DNA from: Kondoa subrosea
Lineage: Eukaryota
Assembly (NCBI GenBank): GCA_039545335.1
Contig: BCIN01000003.1
Span: 2,179,060 to 2,243,059, forward strand
DNA length: 64,000 nt
Reading direction: 5' to 3'
Both the position numbers and the translations under genes were made by a program. The notes under the pieces were generated by a model. It did not search any database. It saw only the letters and a program-made list of their open reading frames with translations, and had not been told where the DNA came from. Positions 38,827 to 53,010 of this stretch are shown here, in pieces; within the stretch, counting starts at the first letter, position 1; each line of letters begins with the position of its first letter.

Positions 38827-39480
38827 GTTTTAGAGATAGTTGATCACTCAGAGCACTTGTATCCGGAGTTCAGCAGTTCTTTGGGGTCGAGACTTGTTGA
38901 TGTCGATGGGATGCGTTTCCTTGGCTTTGCTTCCTTGCCAGAGGGGTAGTGTGCAGAGCTAAGCTGGTATTCTCCTCAAGATCACAAGGTATGCACACTA
39001 TCACGGAAATTTGACGGTACCGAAGGAGATCTAATTCACATTTGCAAACGAATGGGTTCTGTTTCTGGTCCCTTACTGTTACATAGCCTCTTCTCAATGT
39101 CATAGCCCCTTCTCAAAATCCCTCCCATTGCAATTATGGGCCAGACACGAGCTCCGAGTCGCCTGGGACGATTTGAGCACTTATCGCTGCCGAAAGGCTC
39201 GACACTGTTCAGGCTTGATCCTCTTTGTTTCATACTATATCTTCAATCCACTTGAATCGTTCACTCCCTGTCGCTTCTATTGTCTTCGCATCTTCTGGGA
39301 TCTTAGCGGCTCTATCTCAATTTTAGCATCAGTTGGTTGTAACAGCGTTGCAGCTGCTTTAGGTATGCTTTCGAGCTATCTGAAATCCTCCTAATCTCAG
39401 GAATCGTCTTTCAGTAGAGATCACACTACAACAATTTGCTTCCCAGTCGCCTTATCTTCTTGATCAATTCCGAAACCAAC

Positions 39481-40303
39481 ATGAATATGGATCACGGTGG
39501 TATGAACATGGGTGGAAGTACAGGATGCAAAGTAAATTCATGATAAGGAAAGCGAGATCTTGCTGAATTCAATTACAGGTATCTATGCTGTGGAACGTGC
39601 GTTGAACGTCTGACCTTTTTTTGTGTCCTGACAAGTCGCTGTCTGTGTCAGTGGAATACAATTGATGCCTGCTTTTTGGCAGAAAGTTGGCACGTCAAAT
39701 CAAAAGGTTCATCGACATCCTTCTTGTGTCAACTCTGCTGATTCCGTTACAAAGGAGTCTTTGCTTTATCTGTTCTCGGGGTTTTCGCTCTGGCCTTCAG
39801 CGTGGAAGGACTGCGTCGTCTCATGCGAGACTTCGACAGAAGGATCGTCGCTCAGCGGTTGGCTGATCAGACTGCCGGAGAACATGTTCCAGTTTTGAAG
39901 AAGGGTCGACCAAACTTGGCTGGTATCTAGTCAGTCTTTTGCTGTTCTGATTATCCTTTGCGCTGAAATATAGCAGCTCTGAGCCAAAAATGGTATCTTG
40001 GGAGCAACAGCTTGTTCGAGGTGTCCTGTATGGTGCACAATTTACTGCTGCCTTTATCCTTATGTTACTGGGTATGTACTTCAATGGTGAGTCTTGTAGT
40101 CAGCGCTCGTGGAGTCGGTATCGACGCAGATTTGGCGATTTCTCAGGTTACAGTGCGTTTTCTTTTGCAGCATCTTACGAAGTACTGAGCTCTTTGCAGT
40201 CCTCTTCGCTATCTTTTTTGGCGGAACGGCCGGCTACACCTACTTCGGTTCTGACACCATCCAGCAAATCGAAGTGAACAGAGATAGCGGATGTTGCTGC
40301 TGA
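39481..40303 (+). CDS. Ctr-family high-affinity copper transporter (Ctr3/Ctr4-like)
   Basis: Met-rich N-terminus [34 protein letters not shown], MLLGM (MxxxM) followed by YFNGY, C-terminal GCCC. Confidence 0.92.
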
Positions 40304-40374
40304 GCGGCACAGGACGGAGTGTAAATAGCTATACCATGCATTATGCTGTCTTAACGGAACTTAACGATTTGTGT

Positions 40375-42414
40375 TTACAAGCTATCTACTAAAAGCCTCT
40401 TTAATTCATCCTTGCACTCTTTCAAATTCATACCTTCTCCTGTGCGTGCGTTCATCATCAACCAATCGCGACCCTCTATTTTGCGCAAAGTGACGAAATC
40501 AGGACATATTTCGGTCAGCAGAGCGATAGCTTCTTTCGCTTCATTTGTTGACAGAGAGATTTTGGATGATTTCGCTACATTGATGCAGACTTCGTCGAGA
40601 GGTACTGCGCGACGGTAGCGGGATGCAGCAGTGGCCGTCGAGTTGGGAGAAGGTGGTGCAACCGGAGCGAAGAGCCTGTTTTGAGCAACTCATCATCTGC
40701 AAGCCTGGCTGTGAGAGCAGTCACGCACATGTACACTGCATCAGCAACGTTGGGCATCCGACTAAGCATACTCTTGCGCTTGAACTCCGCCATGCGCTGT
40801 CTTTCTCGCTCTGCAGCAGCACTGTTGGCTTTGAGTGATTTCCGAGTTGGCGAAATCATTCCAAGATTTGGTACCCGAGCGACTTCTTTTCCATCTACTG
40901 TTGTGCCTGCATTTTGAGCTTGCTCTTTTGCTTTGATCTGAATTCTGGAATAAGCAAAGCAGAATCTCCATGGAAAGTGGCAACTCACTCTATCCATCAA
41001 ACTGCTAGCTCTTACTTTGGCCGAAGGCTTTTTTGCCAGAGAATTGGTCACCTCAATTTCAGACTTTGCTGGACTGCTACTACCGCTTGCCAAACCATTC
41101 AATGTTTGAGCGCTGGATTGTTGAGCACCGATGAGATCAGGTAAAGGAGCTTTCGGTATGGTCGGTAGCGCGCATAGATCGAAATCAGAATGGAATGAAG
41201 GTTCGCTTGAATGCCTGCGAGCTTGGGCAGGAGGAGGAGTCGAAGGTCGCTCGTTGGCCAAAGAAAGTAAGAAAGACTATCAACGGATTAGTAGCTGACG
41301 ATTAAAAGCGTCGCGTCTGACTTACATCGTGATGTTGCACCACACAATTGCCCAATCTATGCCTAATCTCATTCTTCCTTTCCTCAGCACCTTGACTCCA
41401 AAGCGCAACCACGCTCATGCCTTCCCGTTTGCCAGCCATCTTGTTCGGTGTACTTGGTCTCTTACTAGAAGCTGGCGAATTCTGAATCGATAAACTTCTT
41501 TCCGTCGCTTCTCCGTTTCGCTTGAGGTCCAGCTCTATCCCTATTCCCCAGCTATTCATCTTCTTCCCACTACTCTTGGACATCTCCGTTGTCTTCGTCA
41601 CAAGAAAGCCCAGACTGGATATAGGTGCGGGTGAATCGGTAAATGGATCCTCTGGTGCACTTGAAGCAGACGATGGAGCAGCATTCCAGAGCCACAGTAA
41701 TTGAGCAAATTCAGCTTGAGCAAATCGTCGACCTGATCCTCTTTCTACCATTGGCCGTAATTGACTGTAAGTTGCTAGATTTTCCAATCGAATTCGAGAG
41801 CTAGATGAGAAATCGGATGAAGAACCAGAGACGGCCGACGCTATTCGACCGCCCCTTCCTTCTGTTGTTAGATGAAGCATCAGAGCACGCTCAAAAGCTG
41901 TATGCAAATTGAGAAGCATTTGATAACTTTCAGGCAACGGTGCATTTTGAGAAGTCAGATTGTATCGGCTCGATAAAGGGGTTTTGGAAGATGTAGAAGC
42001 TTTGGCGGGAGTCTTGAATGGTGAAGCAGGAGGTTCAATTTCCAGATCAGAATCAGATACAGCATTGTAAGATGTTTCTGGTATCTGAAGTGTATCTTTA
42101 GGTCGAACAGGCCGGAAAGTCGGCGAAGCTAGTAGAGAAGACTGTTGCTGCGCCAGTGATTCGTAGGCTTCATCTATTCTGAATTCGTCTGGTGCGCCGA
42201 GTAGATCAGGTCCAGCTGCATATTTTAGTTTCTTGGGTGAAAAAGCCTCGTCTGGCGTTCTATACACGCGTCCAGCAAAATGCAATTTGATCTTTGGGCT
42301 TGATGAAGTGCTGGTAGTAGAATCGTTTGGCGTTTTCCTCCGTTTCGGGCTAGGAGAAAGTGAAGTCGGAGAACTAGGAATCCTTCTTGTCCGGCTTGGA
42401 GGTGGTGTGTTCAT
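40375..42414 (-). CDS. CDT1: DNA replication licensing factor Cdt1-like
   Basis: LPESYQMLLNLHTAFERALMLH, RPMVERGSGRRF, SLMDRIKAKE, C-terminal winged-helix-like LLTEICPDFV. MCB boxes upstream. Confidence 0.75.
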
Positions 42415-42507
42415 GATGAACTAAACGCAAGGCGTTACAGGAAGAGCTTAGCTGGGCAAGCGCAACAGATCAAAATTTGGTTCGAACGGGGATTGACAAC
42501 AGCATAA

Positions 42508-42526
42508 ACGCGTGAGTTGTACGCGT
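42508..42526. promoter_or_regulatory. Two MCB-like boxes (ACGCGT) upstream of CDT1
   Basis: ACGCGT at 42508-42513 and 42521-42526, ~100 bp before the CDT1 ATG. MCB elements are established G1/S elements in fungi. Confidence 0.55.
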
Positions 42527-42793
42527 CTCAAACGAGCATGAGTTGTCGCAGGTCCCCTGTGAGCTGCGATAACAGAAGTTTGGCGGTTCGAGAGAGGAGG
42601 CACCGGAGAGATGGGCAATTGCTAATTCTTGAATTGAGGTCATCCCAAACCAAACCGACATTGGTCTGAAAGATTTGCATACCATGCCCGCTAATTGGTC
42701 TATATCATAGCTCTGATTACCCACTGGAATTTTTCTGCTGAATGATTGGATTGCTCACGATTGGCTCGGACATACAACAAGTCAATATTTTGC

Positions 42794-45700
42794 ATGTCCA
42801 TGGATCATCGGCATCTCGAGAAGCTCCATCATCAGCACCACCATGATCCTTGGTCTGAAGAGAAGCCTATTCCACCTTTTACCCAGAGAGCTCGCGAACG
42901 AGCGGACAAGGGGGAGCCAAATCAAGACAAGGAACAGGTCAAGCACGATCCAATTACGGGCAGAGACGTCTCTGTACGAAATTTGACCAAGGATGACTTG
43001 CTCAAGGCATTCCAAAATCTGGATCGCATCTTACCATCGTCTGCATTAGAAGATGACGAAAAGACCAACCTAGGTGACCGAGGACGTGCAGCTTTCGTTG
43101 ACTTTCCCGATGGCAAGAGTACCAATCTGCTTTTCCATCCCTTGCCCGAGCTTGATCGCAAGCAAATGCTGTCAATTGAAAATTCTCTCTTCATGCGCTT
43201 TGCACTCTGGCTCGGCGTTATCAGTACTGCCGTCACCTTGATCCCGCACATCTGGATTAGAATTCCACTACTACTCGCTGGTCTATATACCTTAGTTTAT
43301 TTCTTTGCAATTAAGGCAAAAGATGCTTTTGACAGCCTCGAAGTAGACCGAGAACGTCAAAGAGGCAACGCAGCTGCACAAGCCACGATACCAGAAAGTA
43401 GTGAATGGTTGAATCAGCTACTTGGGAAATTATGGCCTATGTTGGATCCTGAACTGCTCAGTCCTGCAAAAAATCTGCTGGAAGAGTAAGTTTCGCTGTC
43501 TCTGACTTTGTGACTGCATCATTATACTGGCGTCGCTCAGCGTCTTGCAGCAAAATGTACCTCCATTGATCTCGATGGTCAAAGTCGTCGACATTCATCA
43601 AGGCGAAACGCCCATGCGAGTCTTATCAATGCGAGTTTTACCTCAAGATGTCGAGCGGATGCATCCAGAGGAGGAAGAGGAAGACGACAAGGTGGGAACG
43701 CGAATCAACTTGTTCGCTTTCTCAATGTCTCTAATGCGAGAAGACGAGGGCTGATCAGTCCCCAGAGAGGTCAAATTCGCCTATCGAGCAGAATCGCACA
43801 AAGATAGCGGTGTCAAAGGCAAGATAGCTCGTAACGCTAAGATGATTCTAGAAATGGCGATTGGAGCAAAAGATATTGCAACAAAACGCATCCCAATCTT
43901 CGTCCAGTGTGTGATGTTAAACGAGTTCTGCGATTCCAACTGAGTCCAAGTCACAGGATCAAAGGCATGGTCGGTACAGTCCGTCTTAGCATTCAACTGA
44001 TTCCAAAACCGCCGTTTGTGAAAAATCTGACTGTTTCGCTAATGGGTTCGTGCCGTACCACAACTCTGAAACCTGACTCTATCGCTTAAAGATCTATCGC
44101 ACCAGGTTTGCCGCACCACTCCATATCTGCTGTACCGATGTTCCCATTGCTATTCGATGTCACTTCACTACCAATCATTGGTCACTTTGTTCGTAAATCG
44201 ATTGACACTGCAATGGCTGAATACACTGCTCCACGCTCTCTGACGTTCGATATCGGCGAGATGCTGTTTGGTGATAAGCGTGCGTCTGGTGAACGTTCCG
44301 CGCAAGTAAGCTCAATCCGTACCATAGTTAAGAAGCAACTCGAGGCCTTTGGCATCTTGCAAATTACCATACATTCTGCGCACGGTCTACAAAAAACAGA
44401 CACTTTCAGCAACTCGGATCCATACGTTTTGATTCAGTACGCTCGATTAGGGCGCCCGCTCTACTCAACGAGAATTATCACAAATGAGCTGCATCCTCGG
44501 TTCGAAGAAACTGCGTATATTCTGGTCAGCTAGTGCATTATGCACGCATTTATGGCTGATGCATTCAGCTCTGTAGGTGACCGCTCGCGCTATACAAGCA
44601 GATGAATCCATAGTCGGTGCGGGCCTCTCTCCGTTTATGAATGGATTGATTAGTTTGAACAGAGCGTCGAATTGTGGGACTCGGATCGGCTAACGGCGGA
44701 CGACCAGCTTGGCAAAGCAACGAGGAACGTACAAGATTTGATCCGGCACAAAGGTGAATTGTACGAGTGCGAAGATGAATTGAAAGGTCCAACGGAAGAA
44801 TCATCGAAGCCAGGGACAATCAAATGGTCAGTTGTATATTATGGATTGAAGAAGCTCGACGAAAAGCGATCTACGGATGGCCGAGATCCTCGAATACCTC
44901 CAGACATCGTCGAAGTGCGGACTTCTCGGACGCCATCGTATTGAGGCTGACAGTACAAATCACAGGATGGTACAGCGCTGAAAGAAGCTGCGACTGCTAA
45001 AACATCTGAAGACAAATTACCGGCTGTACAACGCGTTCCTCCAAATCCTGACTTCAAATCTGGTATAGTCAGTCTACGCTCACCTATATGGTATTATACT
45101 CACTGATCATTTCCTTAGCTGTCGATTGTCGTCGGCAATATCGTGGATCTTGCTATCCGTGAGAATAAGGGAAATTTTGGCTCCGAAAAGGAGAAACGGT
45201 TCAGTGTGGGTCAAGAAAAGGAAACACAGCAACAGACCGAAGAAGAAGCTGATGATGCACCCTCTTCCTATGTCCGAATCTCTGTGGATGATGCATGGGT
45301 TTATAAAACACGGGTCAAAGCTTTCACCAACAACCCATCCTTCAACGCCGGAACGGAAAAATACATACCTGACTGGACGAAAGCAACCCTCATGATCGTA
45401 GTATATGCCAAGTTACCGCGAGAGAGTGATGCTATACTTGGTGTGGTAGCCCTCAATCTCATGGATGCGCTGCGCAACGCCTCCTGTGTGCGACAATGGT
45501 ATCCATTGACAGGCGGCATAGGTTTCGGATCCATATCCATATCCTTACTGTTCCGCTCGCTCGATGTCTCGCTGCCACGGAATCAGCTCGCTCATACCTC
45601 TGTAGGAACTCTATGTATTTTGAGTTCCCTCCGAGTATGCAATTTCAGCAACGGAAGATCCGCAAGCGATTTCAAAGATCTTCGCATAACTTTGCGCACC

Positions 45701-46846
45701 TTGATCAACCGCACAACGCTGAAGAACAAGACGAAGGCAGAAACTACCGATGAAGCAGTGACATGGTCCATGAAGGTGCCAGATCCGCCGCTGCGGATAC
45801 CTTTCAGACGGAGGAATGCGTGAGTGAATTTCCGGCTATTTTGAGTAGTCAATGATGGAAAGTACCGATAGATCCGCTCTAACTTTTCTCTTCCGTACTG
45901 CGGCAAGACATAGTGGCCGAAGAAAGACTGTTTTCGTTGCTTCACAATGGCTGAGAGCTATGGAAGATAACAAGGTGTTTAAGATCCTGACAGCTTGTGC
46001 TTTGGCTCAAAGTCTTCACAGACTACTCAACTTCGCATTCCTGTATTCGAGTCAGATCATCCAGATCGTGCGGTGCAAAATTATTTATCAGACGTTACGG
46101 ATCTTTCCACGCTGGACTACAAGGTTCAGAAAGTTGCTGTGATTGAGATCACTTTGTCCTTTCGTATTTGCTTCCGTGGCCATTGTTGCATCGGCTGAAT
46201 TGCGTCACAGGCAGTGGCTTGGATGAAACGCATCGTGCCGGCGTGGTCAACGACCCTTATCAAGAAGGCATTATCGAAGCATGGGATGTCGCTGTTGATT
46301 TTGTCAGTATCTCTACGCTTTTGGGCCTGACCATCGAATCTGAATTTGATGCTCAGAACTTACGTAATCGACATGGCGATAGTAAATCAGTGCAGCGCGA
46401 TACGGCGTCCTCATCATCAGATAGCGATTCGGGAGAAGATTTCGATCATCAGAAGTGCGCACATGGCTACTTCCAAGACAACCTTCGGCATGAGGAGGAA
46501 GAAACCGACTCTGATGATGTAGATAAAGGCACTGGCTCATCTTCTAGAAGTGACCAACAGGCGGTTCGGGACGCTAAGCACAGCAGACGAGAGGGGATAG
46601 CGCAATACAAGAGTAAGCGCTGATGTGCGAGTGCGAATCTAATCTCAGTACAAAAGCAGCTTACCGCTCTGCGCAATGGTTGCAAAAGAATGTCGTCAAG
46701 AAAGCGAAGTCTATCAAGCATAAGATACATTTGTCGGAGCGGACGTTCGTGCTTAATTCCTTCCTCCCTAGGAAACATCTGATCATTTTCTCGTGCTTGC
46801 GAGCAGGGCCGATTTGATGGAAACAGAGGTAAGCGGAGGCACCTAA
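42794..46846 (+). CDS. SMP/C2-domain membrane protein (Mug190/tricalbin-like)
   Basis: DPITGRDV, PESSEWLNQLL, SDPYV, YSTRII...P.FEET, WDSDRLTADDQLG, PSSYV, YKTRVK, WYPLTGGIGFG; ends METEV. 3' end approximate. Confidence 0.85.
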
Positions 46847-47411
46847 TCGTCTATGCATGTCTCTTACAGTTGCAACAGGCTCGTGTTAAACGGCACGACG
46901 TCTGATCTTTTCTGTCTCCCAGTAGCTTCTTCTGTATTGGATTCGCTGTTCGGGCTTGTATTCAGCATACACATAAATTTGTACAGTCGTCTCATGTTGC
47001 ACTCATACCTCTGAACGGACGCAGACTTTACTGCACATCTCTGATTTCAACAGATTACATAAGTCTCTTAAATCTTTTCAGTCAACGTTGACCTGCGGGC
47101 ACAGCAGCTTGCTAATCTGCTTTCTTGGAGAGTTTACATGTGCTTGTTGCTGAACCAAGGCCCACGCGTGACTCCCGCTCTACGGTTTCGCTCTTTTCAA
47201 GTCGGCACTGCTGTCACGGTGCCAAGACTTTACTACTCTCCATGCTGGCATGTCTTTATCGTTGCTTCAACTCTATGACCTCTACATTTGACTGATCTCT
47301 CGTATCCATATTCTCCTGTTTGCGACGTCTTGGCAAACAGAATCCAGTATCACATTTCTGCTCGCCTCAATCTTCACATTGGCGTCTCTTCCACAGTCAG
47401 CCCGTACAGAC

Positions 47412-48843
47412 ATGTCAAAGCACCCTGGTCCAATGAGCATCACCCACAGCCAGCTTTCACGAATGCTGTCGCCCATTTCTATAGCTCTCTTCCTACTTAC
47501 AGCTCTGATATATCATCGTGGTATACTGCAGTACACTGCTTATGCCTCCCAACAGCCGCAGATATCAGTTCATCGATGCTTTCCCTACTGGCTGCCAGGA
47601 AGCCTACATTTAACTGCAGATCATGCTCAATGGCATCCTTTCGCGTCAAAGCAGAGCTGCGAGCCTCCTGATTGGTGAGATATAGTATATGATATGAGGA
47701 TATAGCTCAATCCTTTAATTCAGGATGTCGCTCGTACGGGAAAGCAAAGAGGCGGCTTCCATATTCAGGGACAAGACCGTTGTCACACTGGGCGATTCAA
47801 TAGATCGTTTCGCTACGAGGGAGTAGGCTTTCGTTCCAATTTGCGTCTCTTCCTTACGCCTTGAGCAGTCTGTGCGAATCCCTTGGTCTGAAGGCGAAAC
47901 AAATCAAAGTGCACGATCCTGCGACACCTATCATTCCTCAACATTTCTACGTCGATGAAGCTAGCGATGCCGGCCATGTCCTGTATAATCCCATCTCCAG
48001 ACCCATGAGCTGCCATATTCCCTCCTTAAATCTGACCTTCCTCTCCGTCTTCCACTTTGGACAAGTAACGCTGGCTGAACTCAAAACAGATAATCAGCTC
48101 ACTGCTCACGCACGACACTTTCATCCTCCCGCAAATACCGTCGATAGATTCGAACATATCCTGCTTCCGCTTGTACAGAATCTTGGGCGAGAAATCGATC
48201 TGCTTCAATTCTCAAGCTATCTGTGGGACGCAGATCACCTTTCGAGACTCAATCGACAGAAACCCAGTCGATATCATGCTCCAGCTGATCCAGAAGCTCT
48301 CGACACATACGGTCATCGTCTGCGGGACACAATTTTGAAGATAGCCCGCAAACTTGATCCGTCAAAACCAATAATTTGGAGGACGTGAGTCTTGCCTTGC
48401 TGCAGAATGATTCATTGCCAGCTCATGAGCTTTCATAGACCGCACTATAAAACCTCCCGGACCAGGGATCGTATCAAGTCAGAGTATGCCCTGGCTATAG
48501 CCAGAAAAAGCGCTACAGTCGTTGAAGAAGTAGGGCCGCCTGCAAATATCAATGCGTTGCTGAATCGTCACAGCTTTCGGGTAGGATTTGGGAGCAATCG
48601 ACCGACAATGTTCTACAGAACTATGAAAACACAGAAGCTCCACTTTACAATCGCCTTCTGGCAAGTGGCTTCGGTCACGTTGTTCTTGGATTCGAGCATC
48701 TCTCTGCAGAGGGTGTACACCCAGGAAAGGCAACGAGCGAGATATATGCAAATATATTGTTGCAAGAGTGAGCCGGTGCTAGACCATAAATCTTTTGCTT
48801 ACGGTATTCCAGGTTAGCTAGATCTTTGGGTAACAATAACTGA
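47412..48843 (+). CDS. Type II membrane SGNH-like protein (Cap64/Cas3-like polysaccharide-modifying esterase/acetyltransferase)
   Basis: N-terminal TM segment, CFPYWLPG, VVTLGDSIDR, FHFG, SYLWD, IIWRT, C-terminal EGVHPG. Confidence 0.6.
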
Positions 48844-48948
48844 ATCAAGGTGCTCAAAAGAGGTAAATACAAGGCATAGAAGTACAGCGGCATCATTACC
48901 AGCATGTTATTCGGACACAAAGTGCATATTGTACAGTGTGTACCTGAT

Positions 48949-51900
48949 CTAAGCTGTCGAGCGTACACTTCTCTTGAGCTCTTCTAGCCTTGCACGCATC
49001 TTGGGCACAGCCAGTAGCTTAGCCTCGAGAGCTGCCGGCACCGTCAGCCCTTCAGAAGCAGGGCAAAGCGCAGAGACTCGCCTTGCTTCTCCTCTTGTAG
49101 AGCCAATCGCTTTTCTGGGTCGAGCTCTTGAAAGGCATACTTGCCTTGTCCATCGTACTGCAAGATATGCGTGTGATACTGCCAGAGACTTGGTCGATGG
49201 GAAACGGCTAGAAGGCAAAATAAGTATACAGCCATGAGTAAGGACCATAACTCACTCATCAAGGTGATGTCGAGCTGAATAGCATGAGTGTACATAATCT
49301 TTTCGACTTCCTGAGTTAAGAGTCAGATAAACGGACGGGGACGGGATAAACAGATGAAACGCACAAGAGTGACAGCCGAAGTGCATTCATCAAGAATTGC
49401 ATACTTAGGCTTGTGGTAGAAGAGTCGAGCCATGGCTATGCATTGTTTCTGTCCACCTGTTGCACACAGCATGCTTGAATTTAGATATTCCACTATATCA
49501 AAGCATTCGGTACAGACCAGATAACGCATCCCTCCACTCTTTCACAGCATCGAAGCCACCATGCTGCTCGACCAGACCTGAAATTTGTACGATAGATAGA
49601 ATGTCGAGTAGGTCATTGTCTGTTACCCCACGAGCAATTGCTTCAACTCGGTTATGTGGATAAATGATCTGGTCTCGCAAAGTGCCAAGACTGAGATAGG
49701 GTCGTTGAGGGATATAGCAGAAACATGAAGCTGGTGGCTTCTTGACTAGACCGCCATATACAGGCCACAGTCCTCCTCTATTGCATTCAGCAAATATATC
49801 AAGTCACGAACTGACTGCGCAGAACTTACAGTATGCGGAACATCCTTGTTCTTTGTCAGCGCAATTCTTGCAGCGTACAAGAGCATTACGTACGAGCTCT
49901 TCCCACAACCATTAGGGCCGATTCTATAGGTGCGCATCAGCTTTCGAGTAAGAAACATAGCGATATGACTTACACAAGCAGATGATTACCAGACTTGATA
50001 CTGAAGCTCATTTTGTTAACAAGAACATCACCATTGGGCGAAACGATCGGCACATCCTCGAATACAATTCCATCGTCTTCGCTTCGCAAGATTTGGCCTC
50101 GACCTTGTAAAACTGTAATCATAGGTCAACCCATCACATCGAAATGGAGGAATACGCTCAAGACCTCTGGCATTATCGTCTGTCCCTCCCAGAGCAGCAG
50201 ATACGAGCTTCTTCTCGAATCGTCCTGCTTTGATCGCGTCCATGGTATCCAACAATTCGGTAACACGTAAAGTGTAACCTGCCAATTCCGACAACTCTTT
50301 GTAGCTCATCATGACGCGTCCAAAAGCATCACTCGAAGACAGCAATAGCCGACGATTGGTGACGAAGCCTGGGAAGCGAAATTCAAGCAAAGGAGCACGG
50401 GTACAGAAAATGCTTACCTTCCGTTCGATTACCAAAGTCTGCTTCTAATAGACCAGAAGCACCTTTGAAAAAGACCGGAATAGCGCAGAGGCAGAGCTAT
50501 AAGACATAGATCAAATACTAAATTTTCTAGGATACGATTGGGGCACACTTACGCCTAAGCTGCCCCACTTGAGCATATGATCAGCATCTATCGCAAGCTA
50601 GAACTGTCAGGGTCTTACAAGCCATTTGATAATCCCATCCTGACAGGAGGTTTCGTTCAGCCCCAAATCGTCCGACTGTTACTGAAGGACTCACTTCAAC
50701 CATACCATGCCACAGTCTTAAACGATACACTCGATTAACGTGCTTAATGAGCGAGAAATAAGCTCTTTCAATCACGTTCTTCTCTACCTCTTGACCAGAG
50801 TAAAATGCGACTTCACATCGGAACACAATCAGCTTGATTCGCCTAGTTTATAGCAACCTTACTCTCTTCATTGTTCTCAATCAAGCGTGAATGAGCAAAT
50901 CGAAATTCTCCCTCCAGCCGTTGTTCTTCTGCTGCGTATCGACCAAATGCGGGTGTGCAATATTTCACTGCATTGTCATCTTTCACCAGATATCCGTGCA
51001 AGATTGACAGACAGAGACTGACATAATGCGGCACTACCTTGAACCAATACTGTCAATCCCAACAGTCCTTCCGCACCTACGTTTCTGCTGAGCTGGTAGT
51101 TGTAGAGGATGACGTCCAGTACTGGTTTTGCAATATTTCCACTGTGTAAATATCAGTACAAAACATTAATGAGGCCAAGCAGGAGAAGACTGACTAAATT
51201 TCAGCTAACGAGTTTGAAAATTTGGTTACATCAACGCCGATAAGTTGATCAGCGTTTTTGATGCGATCGCTATTGGTGAGAAATAAGATATTTATCAGCT
51301 GAAGATCTCTTGCCCATCCTGCCTGACGAACTCTAGATTGGCTAAAGAGTAGAAAGTCCGATCACTCAGATATTCCGCATGTATGTAATTTGTGAGTCTT
51401 GTTCGGTAGGCAATAGCCAATTTCGATTGCATATACGAAAGCATAGAGTTGCAATATGTTGCTGGAAGAGCTACAGCTAACCAAGTTGCTATTCGTATTA
51501 GGAAAGTTCGACCTTCACCTCTGACTAAGGCAGCAACAATCTTTCCATCCAGATTCGCGACGTAGAGAGAAAGCATAGTTCTGAATAATAGGAAAAAGGA
51601 ATGCAAGAAGAGGAGACTGGCTTCCTTGGACTTGCGGTTTGGAATGACGATGGTACGTATTCGAGCCAGACGAGACCAGAAAACAGCATCGACATCCACT
51701 CGAGGTCCTTTTCTTCTACTTCTCTTGCTAGTGTGTACTCTATGTCATAAGATTGAGCGTGAATATGGCATGTTTACTTAAGCAACACAAACTCGGTCTG
51801 CGCTCTCGCTTTCGGGTTGAGGGCTCTAGCAGTACTAGTAGCGACATAGATGGATAACAGGAACATGATCAAGCCAGAGTACCGCTTTCTGTTGCGCAGA

Positions 51901-51971
51901 TAGCCTCGCAGGACACTGTCCGAACCATTCTTGATAGCCTTGAGTGCCTCAGCCCGCTTGGCAGCTTGCAT
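48949..51971 (-). CDS. Peroxisomal ABCD long-chain fatty-acyl-CoA half-transporter (Pxa1/Pxa2 family)
   Basis: EAA-like [72 protein letters not shown]. Confidence 0.93.
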
Positions 51972-52070
51972 TGACTAAGATATTCTGCTGGTCGTCTGTA
52001 TGTCTCCAGGGCCAATATCGTGCCAGGGTATCGCAGTGCCAGAACAACGAGCTGTCTGCTATAAACCGTC

Positions 52071-53010
52071 ATGTCGGATTTACAAGCATTGATCGCGCCC
52101 TCTATCCTGGCTTCAGACTTTGCCAACATAGGGTCTGAATGTACGCGTATGGTAAAGAAAGAAGGAGCTAATTGGCTACATCTCGGTGCGCTCGAAGTCT
52201 GTATTCAAGTTCCATGAGATCTATAATCTGAATCACAAGGGACTGAACAGACGTTATGGATGGACACTTCGTACCTGCTATCACTTTTGGTCATCAACTC
52301 GTGGGAGCAGTGCATAAATCTCTGCCTGATACCTACCTCGATTGTCATATGATGGTATCCGACCCAAAGCAGGTCTGTCTTCTTCATTCGCATAGATACT
52401 ACACTGAATGTATGAATGAAGTGGATTGACGCTATCGCAACAGCTGGAGGTTCTTCTTATACTTTCCACTTGGAAGCACTAACATCCTCAAACCCGGAAG
52501 ATCAAGCTCTTGAACTCGTCAAACACATACATGACAAGGGAATGAAAGCTGCTTTAGCCATCTCGCCAGACACACCTTCTTCAGCTGTAACGGATGCGAT
52601 GGGCAAAGAGATCGATATGATGCTCGTTATGACTGTTCATCCTGGTAAAGGTGGACAGAAATTCATTGACAAGTGTGTAGAAAAGGTTCGCTCTTCTTTC
52701 AGCTGTCCTGTCCATGTAGAATTACAAACAATTAACTCTGCGAACAGGTCAAGGATCTCAGGCAAAGATTCCCGAATAAAAACATTGAAGTAGACGGAGG
52801 TGTAGGACCAAGCAATGCTGGTGTTTGTGCACATGCTGGTCAGTCCTCTAGCGATGCGCTATCATTACTCAACTGAGGCTCGTACCATTGCCAGGCGCCA
52901 ACGTGATCGTCTCTGGAACGGCTGTGTTTGGAGCAGACAACCCAAGAGAAGCTATGGATGATATGAGGGAGAAGATCAACGAGGCTAAAGCTAATTGGGC
53001 AAAAGCATGA
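52071..53010 (+). CDS. RPE1: Ribulose-phosphate 3-epimerase
   Basis: [61 protein letters not shown]. Confidence 0.96.

Noticed and set aside
18839..48843. Virulence island (CPL1-, HVA1-, CPS1-, CTR4- and CAP64-like genes in one window)
   Set aside because: The genes are interspersed with housekeeping genes over 30 kb and the families are widespread in basidiomycetes, so there is no evidence of a cluster.
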